Source: Candidatus Obscuribacterales bacterium | Lineage (GTDB): Bacteria > Cyanobacteriota > Vampirovibrionia > Obscuribacterales > Obscuribacteraceae | Assembly (NCBI GenBank): GCA_965228855.1 | Contig: CBDDIJ010000003.1 | Coordinates: forward strand, 1,856,001 to 1,920,000 | Length of the DNA: 64,000 bases | Reading direction: 5' to 3' | Shown here: one piece after another, positions 50,357 to 60,651 of the stretch | Numbering within the stretch: position 1 is the first letter of the stretch | Layout: each line of letters begins with the position of its first letter | Program-made: the position numbers and the translations under genes | The notes under the pieces: model-generated | Told to the model about the DNA's origin: nothing | Databases searched by the model: none | Seen by the model: the letters and a program-made list of their open reading frames with translations, nothing else

Positions 50357-50917
50357 ATGCCTTATACAAACAAAAAACGATTAGCCGCTAACTTAGTTTT
50401 GGCTGCTGCCGCCACCGCATTTTTCGCAGAAGGGGCGCTTGCTGACTCAATTTCACCGAACATTAGCGATGCCGGAAAAGTCTATTCGACCGAGAAAGCG
50501 GACTCAGCGTATTTCGGGACCGGAACAGCATCGAAGCTCAGCGAAGCTTCGGCACTGCGGTTTCAAGCAGATCGACTCACCAGCGATGGCGAGATCGACA
50601 AGGCTATCAAAGTCCTGGCAAAAGCTGTTCAATTCGACCCGGAGGATCCATCCGGTCACATCATGCTGGCTCGCGCCATGACGCAGAAGATTCGCTCGAA
50701 TCGCAGCAAAGAAATCGACTGGGAAATGTATGGTCAGTGCATGGACGAATGGAATCTGATCGCCAAACATGATGCCGATCACACTGAGCAATTAGAAGCA
50801 CGCAATGCTATTACAGCGTTGAAAAAACTTGCCAAAGATCAAGTTCTCAAAGCAAAAGGCAAACAGCCTAAGCGCTCACGACTTGCTGCGTTGAACCCTC
50901 TCAACAGGTTTAAGTAA
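50357..50917 (+). CDS. secreted TPR-containing protein
   Basis: signal peptide; 'AIKVLAKAVQFDPEDPSGHIMLA' TPR. Confidence 0.75.
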   Translation: MPYTNKKRLAANLVLAAAATAFFAEGALADSISPNISDAGKVYSTEKADSAYFGTGTASKLSEASALRFQADRLTSDGEIDKAIKVLAKAVQFDPEDPSGHIMLARAMTQKIRSNRSKEIDWEMYGQCMDEWNLIAKHDADHTEQLEARNAITALKKLAKDQVLKAKGKQPKRSRLAALNPLNRFK

Positions 50918-50927
50918 ACCGAAAGTT

Positions 50928-52373
50928 ATGGCGGGCAACATCCAGCCGCGACTAAGCCTGGCGCAGAGCGCATGGATCATCGTCCTTGTACCTGCGCTAG
51001 TCGGAATCATTTTTGCCATCGGGCTCGGCAAACTCAGTTTGGATATCGAGAAAACAGTGCGCGAGCGCGCAAGCGTAGCGTACAAGGTCAACATGATCAA
51101 CCAGTTGATGGAGCTTCTTGCTGGTCAGATGGAAGCATACATCGATTGGCACACGCAAACTGAAGCCAAGCAAAAAAGATTAGACGACCTTTCTGAAGGC
51201 GTCATTCAGCAGCTGCACAAACTTAAGGCACTGGCCGCGGACGATCCTGAGCTGTTATCGATAACAGATAGCGGATTGAAGATTGCCAATCAACTCGCAA
51301 AAGAAAATCACCAACCGATCTCATCGAAGCGCGCTGCAAAAAAGCTTGCGCAAAGAGTCATCACTTTGCACACACCGATGCAGAGAGCGTTAAACCGGCT
51401 CTATGAAAGGATTACCGCGTCCACAGAAGTCGAGACTGAACAGCGAGAGAAGATGGCAATCATCACGATTGTCATAGGAATTCTTTTGAGTTCCGCAATT
51501 TCCGGTGTCATGTTCGCTCTGTTTTCGAGGCGTGTCGCAAAACGTTTAAACATCCTGAAAGAGAATGCTGCCGATCTTGCTGCCGGTATTCAAGTTGGCG
51601 CCAAGCTCTCCGGAAATGACGAATTGAATAAAGTCGAAGACGAACTGGTGTCACTATCTCAAGAGCTGCATGTTGCTCGTCAACGCAAGCAAGAATTTCT
51701 TTCTATGATCGGGCACGATCTTCGCTCGCCTTTAACCTCATTGCAGATGACCCTGGAGATGTACGCCAATGGCGTATACGGCGAACTCGACGAAGTTCTT
51801 CAGCACGATGTCGACAAACACCTTAGTGATATGAGACAGCTTGTCGTTTTCATAAGCGACTTGCTGGACCTGGAAAAATTGGAAGCAGGATCTATAGAAT
51901 TGAATCCAGGACCGCTTAAAATCAGCACTCTATTCGATAATGTGAAAGAGAACCTACCGGCGGGGATAGGACAAAACCCGGACAATTTTGAAGTAATCGA
52001 TTGGGAGAGGCCGATACAGACCTTCGGAGATCCTGATCGTCTAGAAATCGCTTTAAACAGGGTCGTGATGAGTTGCCTGCTGGACACACCAGGACCAGTG
52101 CGCATGCGCGCTTCGGATATTCCCGAGCAATCAAAAATTCTAGTCACTGTTGAGACGCGACCCGGACAAAACCGTTTATTCTCAGAAGGCGTGATCTTCG
52201 ATCGATTTGAAGTTGACGTCGGCAAACAGATTCTGTTCAAATCATTCAGGCACTCTCTGGCTCTAGCCCGCGAGTTGATTAGAATGCAGGGCGGCGACAT
52301 TGATGTGTCACATCAACCGAATTCCGTTCGCTTCAACATATCGCTGAAGCGCTGGCGGGAGGGCATGCAGTGA
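50928..52373 (+). CDS. membrane sensor histidine kinase-like protein: intact H-box, degenerate ATPase domain
   Basis: 2 TM plus HAMP; 'EFLSMIGHDLRSPL'; N, G1 and G2 boxes absent. Confidence 0.85.
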   Translation: MAGNIQPRLSLAQSAWIIVLVPALVGIIFAIGLGKLSLDIEKTVRERASVAYKVNMINQLMELLAGQMEAYIDWHTQTEAKQKRLDDLSEGVIQQLHKLKALAADDPELLSITDSGLKIANQLAKENHQPISSKRAAKKLAQRVITLHTPMQRALNRLYERITASTEVETEQREKMAIITIVIGILLSSAISGVMFALFSRRVAKRLNILKENAADLAAGIQVGAKLSGNDELNKVEDELVSLSQELHVARQRKQEFLSMIGHDLRSPLTSLQMTLEMYANGVYGELDEVLQHDVDKHLSDMRQLVVFISDLLDLEKLEAGSIELNPGPLKISTLFDNVKENLPAGIGQNPDNFEVIDWERPIQTFGDPDRLEIALNRVVMSCLLDTPGPVRMRASDIPEQSKILVTVETRPGQNRLFSEGVIFDRFEVDVGKQILFKSFRHSLALARELIRMQGGDIDVSHQPNSVRFNISLKRWREGMQ

Positions 52374-53803
52374 TGCGAGTCACGCTCTTCAAAAAAGGTC
52401 TGCTTCTTCTTCTAATACCAGTAATGGTGCAGTTCACCGCGATCTTTATCCTCGCAAGTAAATATGAGCAGGTGGTTCATGACCTCAAATATCAGTTAGC
52501 CGTTATAAACATAGGTAAGACATTCGCTGAAGCCGGCGAGATTACCATGCAAATGTCGGAGTATTTGCTGAAGGAGTCAAAAGATCCCAACATGCAAAGC
52601 TACGGTCCGGCGCTGGAGTCCTATGGAAGGCTCTCCGGCAAACTTGACGAGATGTGCAGCACGACCAGCGAATTCGAGGACATCGACAATTGCGCAAAAA
52701 AATTGGGTGAAATCACAAGGGAGCACATGGCGCGCTTCGGTGACAATATCATTGACTTTGGTGCCAAATCCAATGATTCATGGTACGTGAATACGCTGAA
52801 CAGTTTGTACAGCGAAATGGCACCTTATAAGAAATGGCTTTACGAGCGCCCCGCGAGCACGGCGCTGTCACAGTTCAACAGCTCCACAATTACGAATACC
52901 ATTCTAGTTTTAATAGCCGCAAATATCGCCACGTCCTTTTTACTCTGGTGGGTAATAAACGTTAGCATCGTCAGACAGGTTAATCACCTGAAAGAAAACT
53001 TCGAGAGACTGGCTCACAATGAGCCTCTGCTGAAACCGCTCGAAGGCTCCGACGAGGTAGCGGATTTCGATAGAGCCTTTCATGAGATAGGCAGCCGAGT
53101 CGAACGACTGAGAAAGGAACGGACGGAATATCTGGAGATCATGAACTCTACCATGCGAGAACCGCTCCAGAGGCTCCAGGGGACGTTGGAGTTGATTCAA
53201 GAACGCCCCGGCGAATCACTTTCGGAACGAGGTCGGTTGAAACTTGAAGCTTCTTCTCGCACAATAAACAGACTGATTACGATGTTGAACGAGCTCATAG
53301 ACTTCGAGCAAATCGACCAGGGGACTTTCAAGCTAAATGTACGCCAGGCGCCGGCAGCCAAGATAATCTCCGATGCCTTCGAATGCATTTTCGACAGAGC
53401 TTCTGGTGCCGGCATTACGATTAAGCAATCGGAAACGGAGCTGGTTGTCGATGCCGATCCTGATCGCCTTGTTCAGGTAATTGTAAATCTCTTAACCAAC
53501 GCGATAAAGTTTTCACCGCGTGGCACAACAGTCACCGTCGGCATCTACGAACTGGGACCGGACTTCGTTTTCTACGTGCAAGATCAAGGTCCGGGAATTC
53601 CAGTCGAGATGCAATCAAAGGTTTTTGAAAAGTTCGAACAAGTCGATCAGCAGCGAGATAGCATTTCAAAGAAAGGAACCGGTCTGGGACTGGCCATCTG
53701 CAAAACCATTGTGGAAGCACACGGTGGACGCATCTGGGTAGAGAGCACTCCAGGTGATGGCGCCACCTTTAAGTTTTCAATTCCAGTGGCTGCTGATACT
53801 TAA
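52370..53803 (+). CDS. membrane sensor histidine kinase-like protein: no phospho-His, intact ATPase domain
   Basis: 2 TM plus HAMP; H-box reads 'EYLEIMNSTMREPL'; 'NLLTNAIKF', 'DQGPGIP', 'FEKF', 'GTGLGLAI'. Confidence 0.88.
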   Translation: MMRVTLFKKGLLLLLIPVMVQFTAIFILASKYEQVVHDLKYQLAVINIGKTFAEAGEITMQMSEYLLKESKDPNMQSYGPALESYGRLSGKLDEMCSTTSEFEDIDNCAKKLGEITREHMARFGDNIIDFGAKSNDSWYVNTLNSLYSEMAPYKKWLYERPASTALSQFNSSTITNTILVLIAANIATSFLLWWVINVSIVRQVNHLKENFERLAHNEPLLKPLEGSDEVADFDRAFHEIGSRVERLRKERTEYLEIMNSTMREPLQRLQGTLELIQERPGESLSERGRLKLEASSRTINRLITMLNELIDFEQIDQGTFKLNVRQAPAAKIISDAFECIFDRASGAGITIKQSETELVVDADPDRLVQVIVNLLTNAIKFSPRGTTVTVGIYELGPDFVFYVQDQGPGIPVEMQSKVFEKFEQVDQQRDSISKKGTGLGLAICKTIVEAHGGRIWVESTPGDGATFKFSIPVAADT

Positions 53804-54656
53804 TACGGTGCTCCGCGGCAAGGGTCTTTTCATAATCGGTTAAACCGCCCTCTGCCAACGGGTGTTGAAACGCTGTCTCAAAGCCAGCTTTCATCGACTC
53901 CTGAAGACGTTCGATGGTGACCTTTTCACGCAGAATTTCGTACAGGTTTGCGTGCCGTTGATTCATGTTTTCCTCAGATTCACCCAGGGACGAATCCGTT
54001 CGCTCGGCATCAACGGAGAACTTCGTAGCGTCCGAAACTTCACCCCCGTCGGCAAATTTACTCGCCGAATCCCTGAGCAAAGTCCGCATCAAATCCTGCG
54101 GTTGGTCAAGCAGTATCGAGCCATGCTGAAGGACGGCTGTCTTACGTCTGAGTTGAGCGCTTCCGATCATCTTCTTTCCTTGATAGTGCAAATCGGCAGA
54201 TGTCGTAGCCAGAAAGCAATCGTGCGCGTTCCTATATTCTGCAGATGATGCTCCCAGACTCAGCTCCAATCCTAGCTCTTGGAAAGCCTGTATGAGCCCC
54301 TCACAAATTTGTTTGTAAGCCTTCACGACGCTCTCACTGAGAAATGCGTCTTCGTCGCTACCACCACTGGTGGCGGACCCGATGAACGAGTACGTCAACT
54401 CGTGCGAATGGAGAACAGCCCGTCCACCGGTCGCCCGACGAACGATGTCGAATCCGTGTGAGCGAATCCGTTCCTCAACCGGCGCTGACAGTTTTTGTCC
54501 ATAACCGATTGATACCGCGGGTGGTTTCCACCCGTAAAGTCTCAGCGTCGCTGGCGACTGTCCGGCGAGATGCGCGTCCAGTATGGCTTCGTCAATTGCC
54601 ATGTTATCCGCGGCATTGTGCACTGAGTATGGTATCAAGCGCCACGATTTTGACAT
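53769..54656 (-). CDS. lipoate-protein ligase A / LipM-family octanoyltransferase
   Basis: 'NMAIDEA', 'LRLYGW', 'VRRATGGRAVLH', 'KKMIGSAQ', 'LQHGSI'. Confidence 0.92.
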   Translation of the reverse strand: MSKSWRLIPYSVHNAADNMAIDEAILDAHLAGQSPATLRLYGWKPPAVSIGYGQKLSAPVEERIRSHGFDIVRRATGGRAVLHSHELTYSFIGSATSGGSDEDAFLSESVVKAYKQICEGLIQAFQELGLELSLGASSAEYRNAHDCFLATTSADLHYQGKKMIGSAQLRRKTAVLQHGSILLDQPQDLMRTLLRDSASKFADGGEVSDATKFSVDAERTDSSLGESEENMNQRHANLYEILREKVTIERLQESMKAGFETAFQHPLAEGGLTDYEKTLAAEHRIKYQQPLELKT

Positions 54657-55972
54657 TACGAAACGCTTGCCTTTACCAGAGGAGACTCGGGGACTTGCTT
54701 TGAGCTGAAGCGATAGGCGCTCAGCAGTTTTTCCTTAACCGAGTTGAATTGCTCTTCTGAAACCGCATAGACGGTTGCAAGTGAGTCGCCGCTTTTAACT
54801 TCTGTGCCGACCTTGGCTTTGAGAACGACGCCTACGCTCAAATCGATCGGATCACCTTTTCTGACTCGACCGGCGCCCATCAGTTTCAAGCCCTCGGCAA
54901 TCTGCCGTCCATCAAGATGCTCGACCCACTTCGAGCCGCCGCCGTTTGACTCGGCTTTCAGTTCGAATTCATGCTCAGCCGTCGGCATGATCGAGTAGTC
55001 ATCGACGACTTTTGCATCGCCACCCTGGGCGGTGACTAATTTTTTGAAATACTCCAGCGCGACTCCATCGTCGATCAACTTCTGCAGTTTCGCACGGGCG
55101 GACTTCTCATCCTTTTCCTTACCGGCAGAAACCAACGCCATTGCACCGAGCGACAGACAAAGTTCCTGCAGATCCTTCGGTCCTCTTCCTTTTAGTGTTT
55201 CAATCGCCTCGATTACCTCAACGGTGTGACCGACAGCATTCCCGAGAGGCTGCTCCATATCGGTGACCACGGCAGTGACCGGACGTCCGAGCGCCTTACC
55301 GACAGCGACCATGGTAGTCGCGAGTTCCTTCGCTTTTTCGACGGTGTCCATGAAAGCGCCTTTGCCAGCCTTGACGTCGAGGATAATCAGGTTGGCTCCG
55401 GCTGCCAGCTTCTTGGACATAATCGACGCGGCAATTAATGGAATTGACTCGACCGTTCCTGTCACGTCGCGCAGTGCGTAAATCTTCCCGTCTGCTGGAG
55501 CCAATTCAGCGGTTTGACCACCGATTGCCATAGACACTTCTTTGACTTGTTTTATAAATTCATCTTTTCCGAGACTGGTTTGAAATCCGGGTATAGCCTC
55601 GAGCTTATCGATTGTGCCACCAGTGTGACCGAGACCGCGGCCGGAAAGTTTCGCCATCGGTATTCCTGCCGCGGCCAAGAGCGGAACGAAAACGAGCGTG
55701 GTCTTATCTCCCACACCGCCCGTGCTGTGCTTGTCTCCTATCAAATCCGCGACCGAAGATAGGTCGAGCACATCGCCAGATTTACACATACCATCGGTGA
55801 GCCAGGCCGTCTCTTTATCCGTCAAGCCGCGCCAGCAGACAGCCATAAGCCAGGAGCTCAGTTGATAGTCGGGAATCGATCCCTGCATGATTCCATCAAT
55901 AATGAAATCGATCTCTTCCTTTGAATGCTCTTTACCGGCGCGTTTCGCCAGTATCACGTCAACCATTCTCAC
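54656..55972 (-). CDS. pdp: pyrimidine-nucleoside/thymidine phosphorylase
   Basis: 'DKHSTGGVGDK', 'SGRGLGHTGGTIDKLE', 'LAPADGKIYALRDVT'. Confidence 0.95.
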   Translation of the reverse strand: MRMVDVILAKRAGKEHSKEEIDFIIDGIMQGSIPDYQLSSWLMAVCWRGLTDKETAWLTDGMCKSGDVLDLSSVADLIGDKHSTGGVGDKTTLVFVPLLAAAGIPMAKLSGRGLGHTGGTIDKLEAIPGFQTSLGKDEFIKQVKEVSMAIGGQTAELAPADGKIYALRDVTGTVESIPLIAASIMSKKLAAGANLIILDVKAGKGAFMDTVEKAKELATTMVAVGKALGRPVTAVVTDMEQPLGNAVGHTVEVIEAIETLKGRGPKDLQELCLSLGAMALVSAGKEKDEKSARAKLQKLIDDGVALEYFKKLVTAQGGDAKVVDDYSIMPTAEHEFELKAESNGGGSKWVEHLDGRQIAEGLKLMGAGRVRKGDPIDLSVGVVLKAKVGTEVKSGDSLATVYAVSEEQFNSVKEKLLSAYRFSSKQVPESPLVKASVS

Positions 55973-56159
55973 GGGTGTACTCTCCTGTCAAATGCTAAAA
56001 CAGCAATCACTCATCCGCTGCACCGGTCTATCCACGGGCAGGGAGGCAAAAAATTTTCGGAAAATTTTCCACAAAGACAGTTTAAACTCTTGACTACTAC
56101 GATTAGACGTGAATAATAGTTTGTAGGGAGCGAGACCACGTTTATATATACTAAAAGGT

Positions 56160-57041
56160 TTGGTTCTCCTCCCATTTTTTTCGCCTATTCTTAAAACATT
56201 GAACAGCTCAGATTCCAAAGAAGGTCGGACCCAGCTGGATTTGCCACGGGTCGGACAGATCAATTTCAGTAATTGCCTTCCAATCAATTTGCCGATAGAG
56301 CTCGGAAGAGTCTCTCTGGACGCCACAATAGTGAATGGCACTCCGGCTGAGTTGAATAATATGATTGCCGCGGGTGACCTCGAGATCACGTCAGGAAGCT
56401 CATTTCTCTACCTCAGCCGCGACGATCTCGATTTGGTTCCGGACCTCTCGATATCCTGTTATGGACCGGTTGGAAGTGTTTTATTCTTTTCAAAATGTAA
56501 ACCGGAAGAGCTGGATGGTGCTGTCATAGCCGTTCCCAAGACATCGGCCACTTCCATCCGTTTAACCCAATTGATGTTGGATCTAGAGTACGGCGCGAAG
56601 CCGGAAGTCGTGGTGATGGATAAACCGGCAACTACCGATGCCAATGACAAGAGACATCAAGGGGCTCTCATAATCGGCGACGCAGCTTTGAAAGTCGACG
56701 ACGAGTGGTCGTCACAAAATCATCGCATCGATCTTGGAGAATGGTGGACGAAACGATTTAAACTTCCGATGGTATTTGGAGTATTTGTTGCACGGCAGAA
56801 ATTTGCAGAACATTTTCCGGATAGTTATCGTCATGTCAGTGAGAGCCTCCGATGCGCCAGAGAAATTGGCGAGTCTGAATTGCTCGAACAAGTCATCGAA
56901 AGAGCGGTTACCATGACCGGGCTCTCGCGGACACGGATGGAAACTTACTTCATCGACAATCTAAATTGGAATCTGGACGCAAAACACCGTGAGAGCCTGG
57001 ACCTGTTTGCGCGACTTCTTAAACAACATAATCTGCTATAA
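56160..57041 (+). CDS. mqnA: chorismate dehydratase, futalosine menaquinone pathway (start may be 56199 or later)
   Basis: 'RVGQINFSNCLPI', 'GPVGSVL', 'SATS', 'LIIGDAAL', 'DLGEWW...LPMVFG'. Confidence 0.85.
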   Translation: MVLLPFFSPILKTLNSSDSKEGRTQLDLPRVGQINFSNCLPINLPIELGRVSLDATIVNGTPAELNNMIAAGDLEITSGSSFLYLSRDDLDLVPDLSISCYGPVGSVLFFSKCKPEELDGAVIAVPKTSATSIRLTQLMLDLEYGAKPEVVVMDKPATTDANDKRHQGALIIGDAALKVDDEWSSQNHRIDLGEWWTKRFKLPMVFGVFVARQKFAEHFPDSYRHVSESLRCAREIGESELLEQVIERAVTMTGLSRTRMETYFIDNLNWNLDAKHRESLDLFARLLKQHNLL

Positions 57042-57066
57042 CTGCTCAATCCGAGCATCAATCAAA

Positions 57067-59373
57067 ATGAAATCTTGGCTGGAAAAACTAATAGTGATTG
57101 CCGCCGTGCTGACGCCTGGTGCTGGCTGGGCGGCGAACAGCAAGCCGGCGGATAAGCCGACTGCCAATAAAGAGGAAGTGATTCGCGTGCTGGTCGAAGC
57201 AGGCGATCGTTTTTCCGAGGGCGAATATGATTCTGCAGCAGCGTTGTATAAGCGACTGACTGCGATCGCCCCGACCAACAGAGAGGGCTTCCTTGGGCTT
57301 GGCAGGATTTCCCTTTTGCGCGGCAACAACAAAGAGGCGCTCAGTTACTTCAAGGAATCGGTCAGATTGTCTCCACAATCAGCACCCGCGCATTTCGAAC
57401 TGGGCTCGACTTATCTTAACCTCGGAAATCTGAACGATGCTCTTAAGGAACTGACACTAGCCCACGATCTAGACCCTAGCCGTCCAGAAATTCAATATAG
57501 ACTCTCACAGGCGCGTTCGCTCATAGAGTCATCGCGTCTTATGCCCGGCCAATCTTCGATAAAGTGGCCGATGAGGCGAAATTCGCCGCCCGGCGGGGCT
57601 CCAACGGTTCAAACGCCAGTGGTTGAAAAGGCAACAGGCGGATCGTCACAAAACGCGTCGCCATCGAGCGAAACGCCACCGGGCGCGACACCACCAGTCG
57701 CATCGGTTCCACCCGGGGCGAACGTCCCGGCTGAAACAGGCACGAAGAAGCCCGACTCGCAAACCGGCATTGGACCAATTATGCCGGTTAATATAGATCA
57801 AGTTTCAGAAGTCAGCCTTGTTTATCGCCTTATAACCAGCGGTAGAGTTGATGAAACAATCGCTCAGGGTCTGGCGGCGCTGAAGAAGCAACCAGACAAT
57901 GCCAGCCTGCGTTATCAGCTGGGATTGATGTACAAAGTCACAGGTGACATCGACAAAGCAATCGAGACTTTCGAAGAATCATTAAAGTATGAGCCGGACC
58001 ATACCCAATCGCTCGCACAGCTAACAGCGCTCTTCATCTCTCGCCATGATATGGAGAAAGCTAAGGACGCCGCAACCAGATGGGTAGAGGCAGACCCGGA
58101 CAATCCAAATGCGCAATTCAGCCTGGGATGGGTGTATATCGTCGAGCGAAATTTCACTGACGCACTGCCTCACTTAAAAACAGCAGCACAGCTTGATCCG
58201 CGCAACACAGATCTTTTAAACCATCTGGGTCTTGTCTTGAGAGAGATGGGAAACGATCGAGAGGCTGCCACATATTTTGAACGAGCAATCGCACTCACCC
58301 CGACTAGTCCGGCTCCCAGACTGAATATGGCGATGATTCGCTTATACGACCAGCGCAATGACGAGGCACGCGCGCTCATCGAGCCTCTTCTGGAAGCCAC
58401 CACAGTGACACCACAGATTCGTTCCGTCGAGGCGCTGATCGACGCTCGGGTAGGGCATCTTGATGAAGCCGAACAGAAAGCGACTGAAGCCTTGAAGACT
58501 TCACCTGCAAACCCAATAGCGTCACTGGCGATCGCACTGGTATCGATGGAGAACGGCAAGCTAGATGAAGCGGAAACTATCCTTCAAGCTTCTCTCACGG
58601 CTCATCCAAAAAATGCGCTCGTGATGCACGGTCTTGCTGAGCTTTATTTAGCAGAGGGAAAAATTGATAAGGCGGTGGACTTAGCGAAGAAGGCGCACGA
58701 AAAATCGCCCGCAAAATACCTGATTGCAAAGACATTAGCGCTGGCTCTTGCTCGCTCGAATAATACGGTGGTCGCGCTTGATACGCTTAAACAGATGCGT
58801 GACCTCGCAGACGATCCTGACAAATTATTTTTGCTTGAAGCAGACATTCTGGAAGTGGCCAGCGACCGCGAAAGCGCTCTTCAACACTATCTTGAGGGTC
58901 TGGCTAAATCTCCGGACAACAATGAGTTGGCGTTGCGAGTAGCGCATCTCTATTTCATCGACCGCAAATTCAAGAACGCGCAGACTATGGTCGAAGGAAT
59001 TTTGAGCCGCACTCCGGACAACTATCAAGCCAGGCTGCTCTATGCTTCGATACTGTACGAGCTCAAAGACTACAAAGGTAGTTTGAAACAAGCACAACAG
59101 ATTCCTAACGACGACGATTTGACCTACGAGACCAACTGCGTTTCGGCAAGAAGCAGTTTCAGACTGAAACGATACGATGAAGCCGCTCAGCTGTTTAAAT
59201 CGGCGAGAAACAAACAGCAACTAACCAGAGACGACCTCCTGATGCTGGCGCGAGCGCTGCGGGAGAGCGGCAAAGCTGACGAAGCCAACGAGATTCTGGC
59301 ACAGGTCAAACAAGGGAAGTTTCAAGCTAGAGAATTGAAAGCGGAAATACGCCGCCTGGGGCGAGCCCAGTGA
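57067..59373 (+). CDS. exported multi-TPR protein with Pro-rich linker
   Basis: signal peptide from ATG 57067; many 34-aa TPR units. Confidence 0.85.
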   Translation: MKSWLEKLIVIAAVLTPGAGWAANSKPADKPTANKEEVIRVLVEAGDRFSEGEYDSAAALYKRLTAIAPTNREGFLGLGRISLLRGNNKEALSYFKESVRLSPQSAPAHFELGSTYLNLGNLNDALKELTLAHDLDPSRPEIQYRLSQARSLIESSRLMPGQSSIKWPMRRNSPPGGAPTVQTPVVEKATGGSSQNASPSSETPPGATPPVASVPPGANVPAETGTKKPDSQTGIGPIMPVNIDQVSEVSLVYRLITSGRVDETIAQGLAALKKQPDNASLRYQLGLMYKVTGDIDKAIETFEESLKYEPDHTQSLAQLTALFISRHDMEKAKDAATRWVEADPDNPNAQFSLGWVYIVERNFTDALPHLKTAAQLDPRNTDLLNHLGLVLREMGNDREAATYFERAIALTPTSPAPRLNMAMIRLYDQRNDEARALIEPLLEATTVTPQIRSVEALIDARVGHLDEAEQKATEALKTSPANPIASLAIALVSMENGKLDEAETILQASLTAHPKNALVMHGLAELYLAEGKIDKAVDLAKKAHEKSPAKYLIAKTLALALARSNNTVVALDTLKQMRDLADDPDKLFLLEADILEVASDRESALQHYLEGLAKSPDNNELALRVAHLYFIDRKFKNAQTMVEGILSRTPDNYQARLLYASILYELKDYKGSLKQAQQIPNDDDLTYETNCVSARSSFRLKRYDEAAQLFKSARNKQQLTRDDLLMLARALRESGKADEANEILAQVKQGKFQARELKAEIRRLGRAQ

Positions 59374-59461
59374 GCAGACGCCAGCATTAATCCTGCGTGC
59401 TTATTAAATTAACTGTTGTTATACTGATACAGGATTTTCTTACTAAGCGTTTCTATCTCAA

Positions 59462-60649
59462 ATGAACTCAGCCAGCGGTCGAAAGAAAAACGAATTTCCT
59501 TACGTCCTGCGTGATCGTTGGGAAGTTGTACACAGGCTGGGTCAGGGCGGTATGGGCACCGTCTACATGGCACGAGACTTGAACCTGTCGACGCTAAGCG
59601 AGAAGAAAAAGGCGGCCGTCGTCAAAGAGTTACGCGATGACTTCATCCGCGGCGAGGATAAAGAGAAGGCAAAAGAGTTTTTCATGCGCGAAGTGCATGT
59701 ACTTGCCGACCTCGACCATCCTAATATCGTGCGCGTCCTTGACCAGTTCAGCGTCAGGGACCAACTCACCGGCGAAGAAAAGTATTACCTGGTCATGGAA
59801 TATGTGCAGGGACAAAACCTGCACGAGATGATCACCAAGAGACAAGAGCCCTTCGACGAAGAACTGGTTATCGATTGGGCAGTGCAGGTTTGCGATGTGC
59901 TCACCTATTTGCACACCCACAATCCACCGGTGATCTATCGAGACTTGAAGCCGAGCAACATCATGATTAATACCCACGATCAGGTAAAGCTCGTGGATTT
60001 CGGTATTGCGCGCCCGTTCGAGGATAGTGAGGACAACACCCATGTCGTCTCGCAGGGCTATTCACCACCTGAGCAGTACTGGGGTGCCGCCGATCCACGC
60101 TCTGATGTATACGCACTCGGTGCCACTATCCATTTCTTATTGACCGGTCAGGACCCGCTGGCGCTAACTGTTTCAACACCGCAATCGATAAATCCGGAAG
60201 TATCCGATCACATTAACGAGATTGTGAAACGCGCCACGCATCAAGATGCCGAAGGGCGCTATCAATGCGCAGCGGACATGAAGGATGCGCTTCGATACCG
60301 CCCGGTCATCGAACAACCGGAGAAAGCGAAGACACTGTATGTGGTGCTGGCTTCAATAGCAGTAATAGGATTTTTTCTTGGTGGTCTGGTGATACTTGGA
60401 AAGTTGCAAGATCAGCAAGAGACGTCCACCAAAGAGGTTCGAACACTCGAAGAACAAAGATTAGAAGCAAAAGCCAAAGAGTTGAGCGAGCAAGAAGAAA
60501 AATTGAAGAACTTCAAAAGACTATTGCGTCAGGAGATGGAAAACGCGCAAAAGACCGGTCCTTCAACTGCACTGACGCCCCCTGCGCCGGGCGCCGCCTG
60601 GGAATTGACGGAAGAATCCATTTTGACCGACCCTGAAGGTCTCAAGTAG
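59462..60649 (+). CDS. Hanks-type Ser/Thr protein kinase with TM helix and coiled coil
   Basis: 'LGQGGMGTVY', 'VVKE', 'YRDLKPSNIM', 'DFG', 'GYSPPEQ', 'SDVYALG'. Confidence 0.95.
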   Translation: MNSASGRKKNEFPYVLRDRWEVVHRLGQGGMGTVYMARDLNLSTLSEKKKAAVVKELRDDFIRGEDKEKAKEFFMREVHVLADLDHPNIVRVLDQFSVRDQLTGEEKYYLVMEYVQGQNLHEMITKRQEPFDEELVIDWAVQVCDVLTYLHTHNPPVIYRDLKPSNIMINTHDQVKLVDFGIARPFEDSEDNTHVVSQGYSPPEQYWGAADPRSDVYALGATIHFLLTGQDPLALTVSTPQSINPEVSDHINEIVKRATHQDAEGRYQCAADMKDALRYRPVIEQPEKAKTLYVVLASIAVIGFFLGGLVILGKLQDQQETSTKEVRTLEEQRLEAKAKELSEQEEKLKNFKRLLRQEMENAQKTGPSTALTPPAPGAAWELTEESILTDPEGLK

Positions 60650-60651
60650 GC

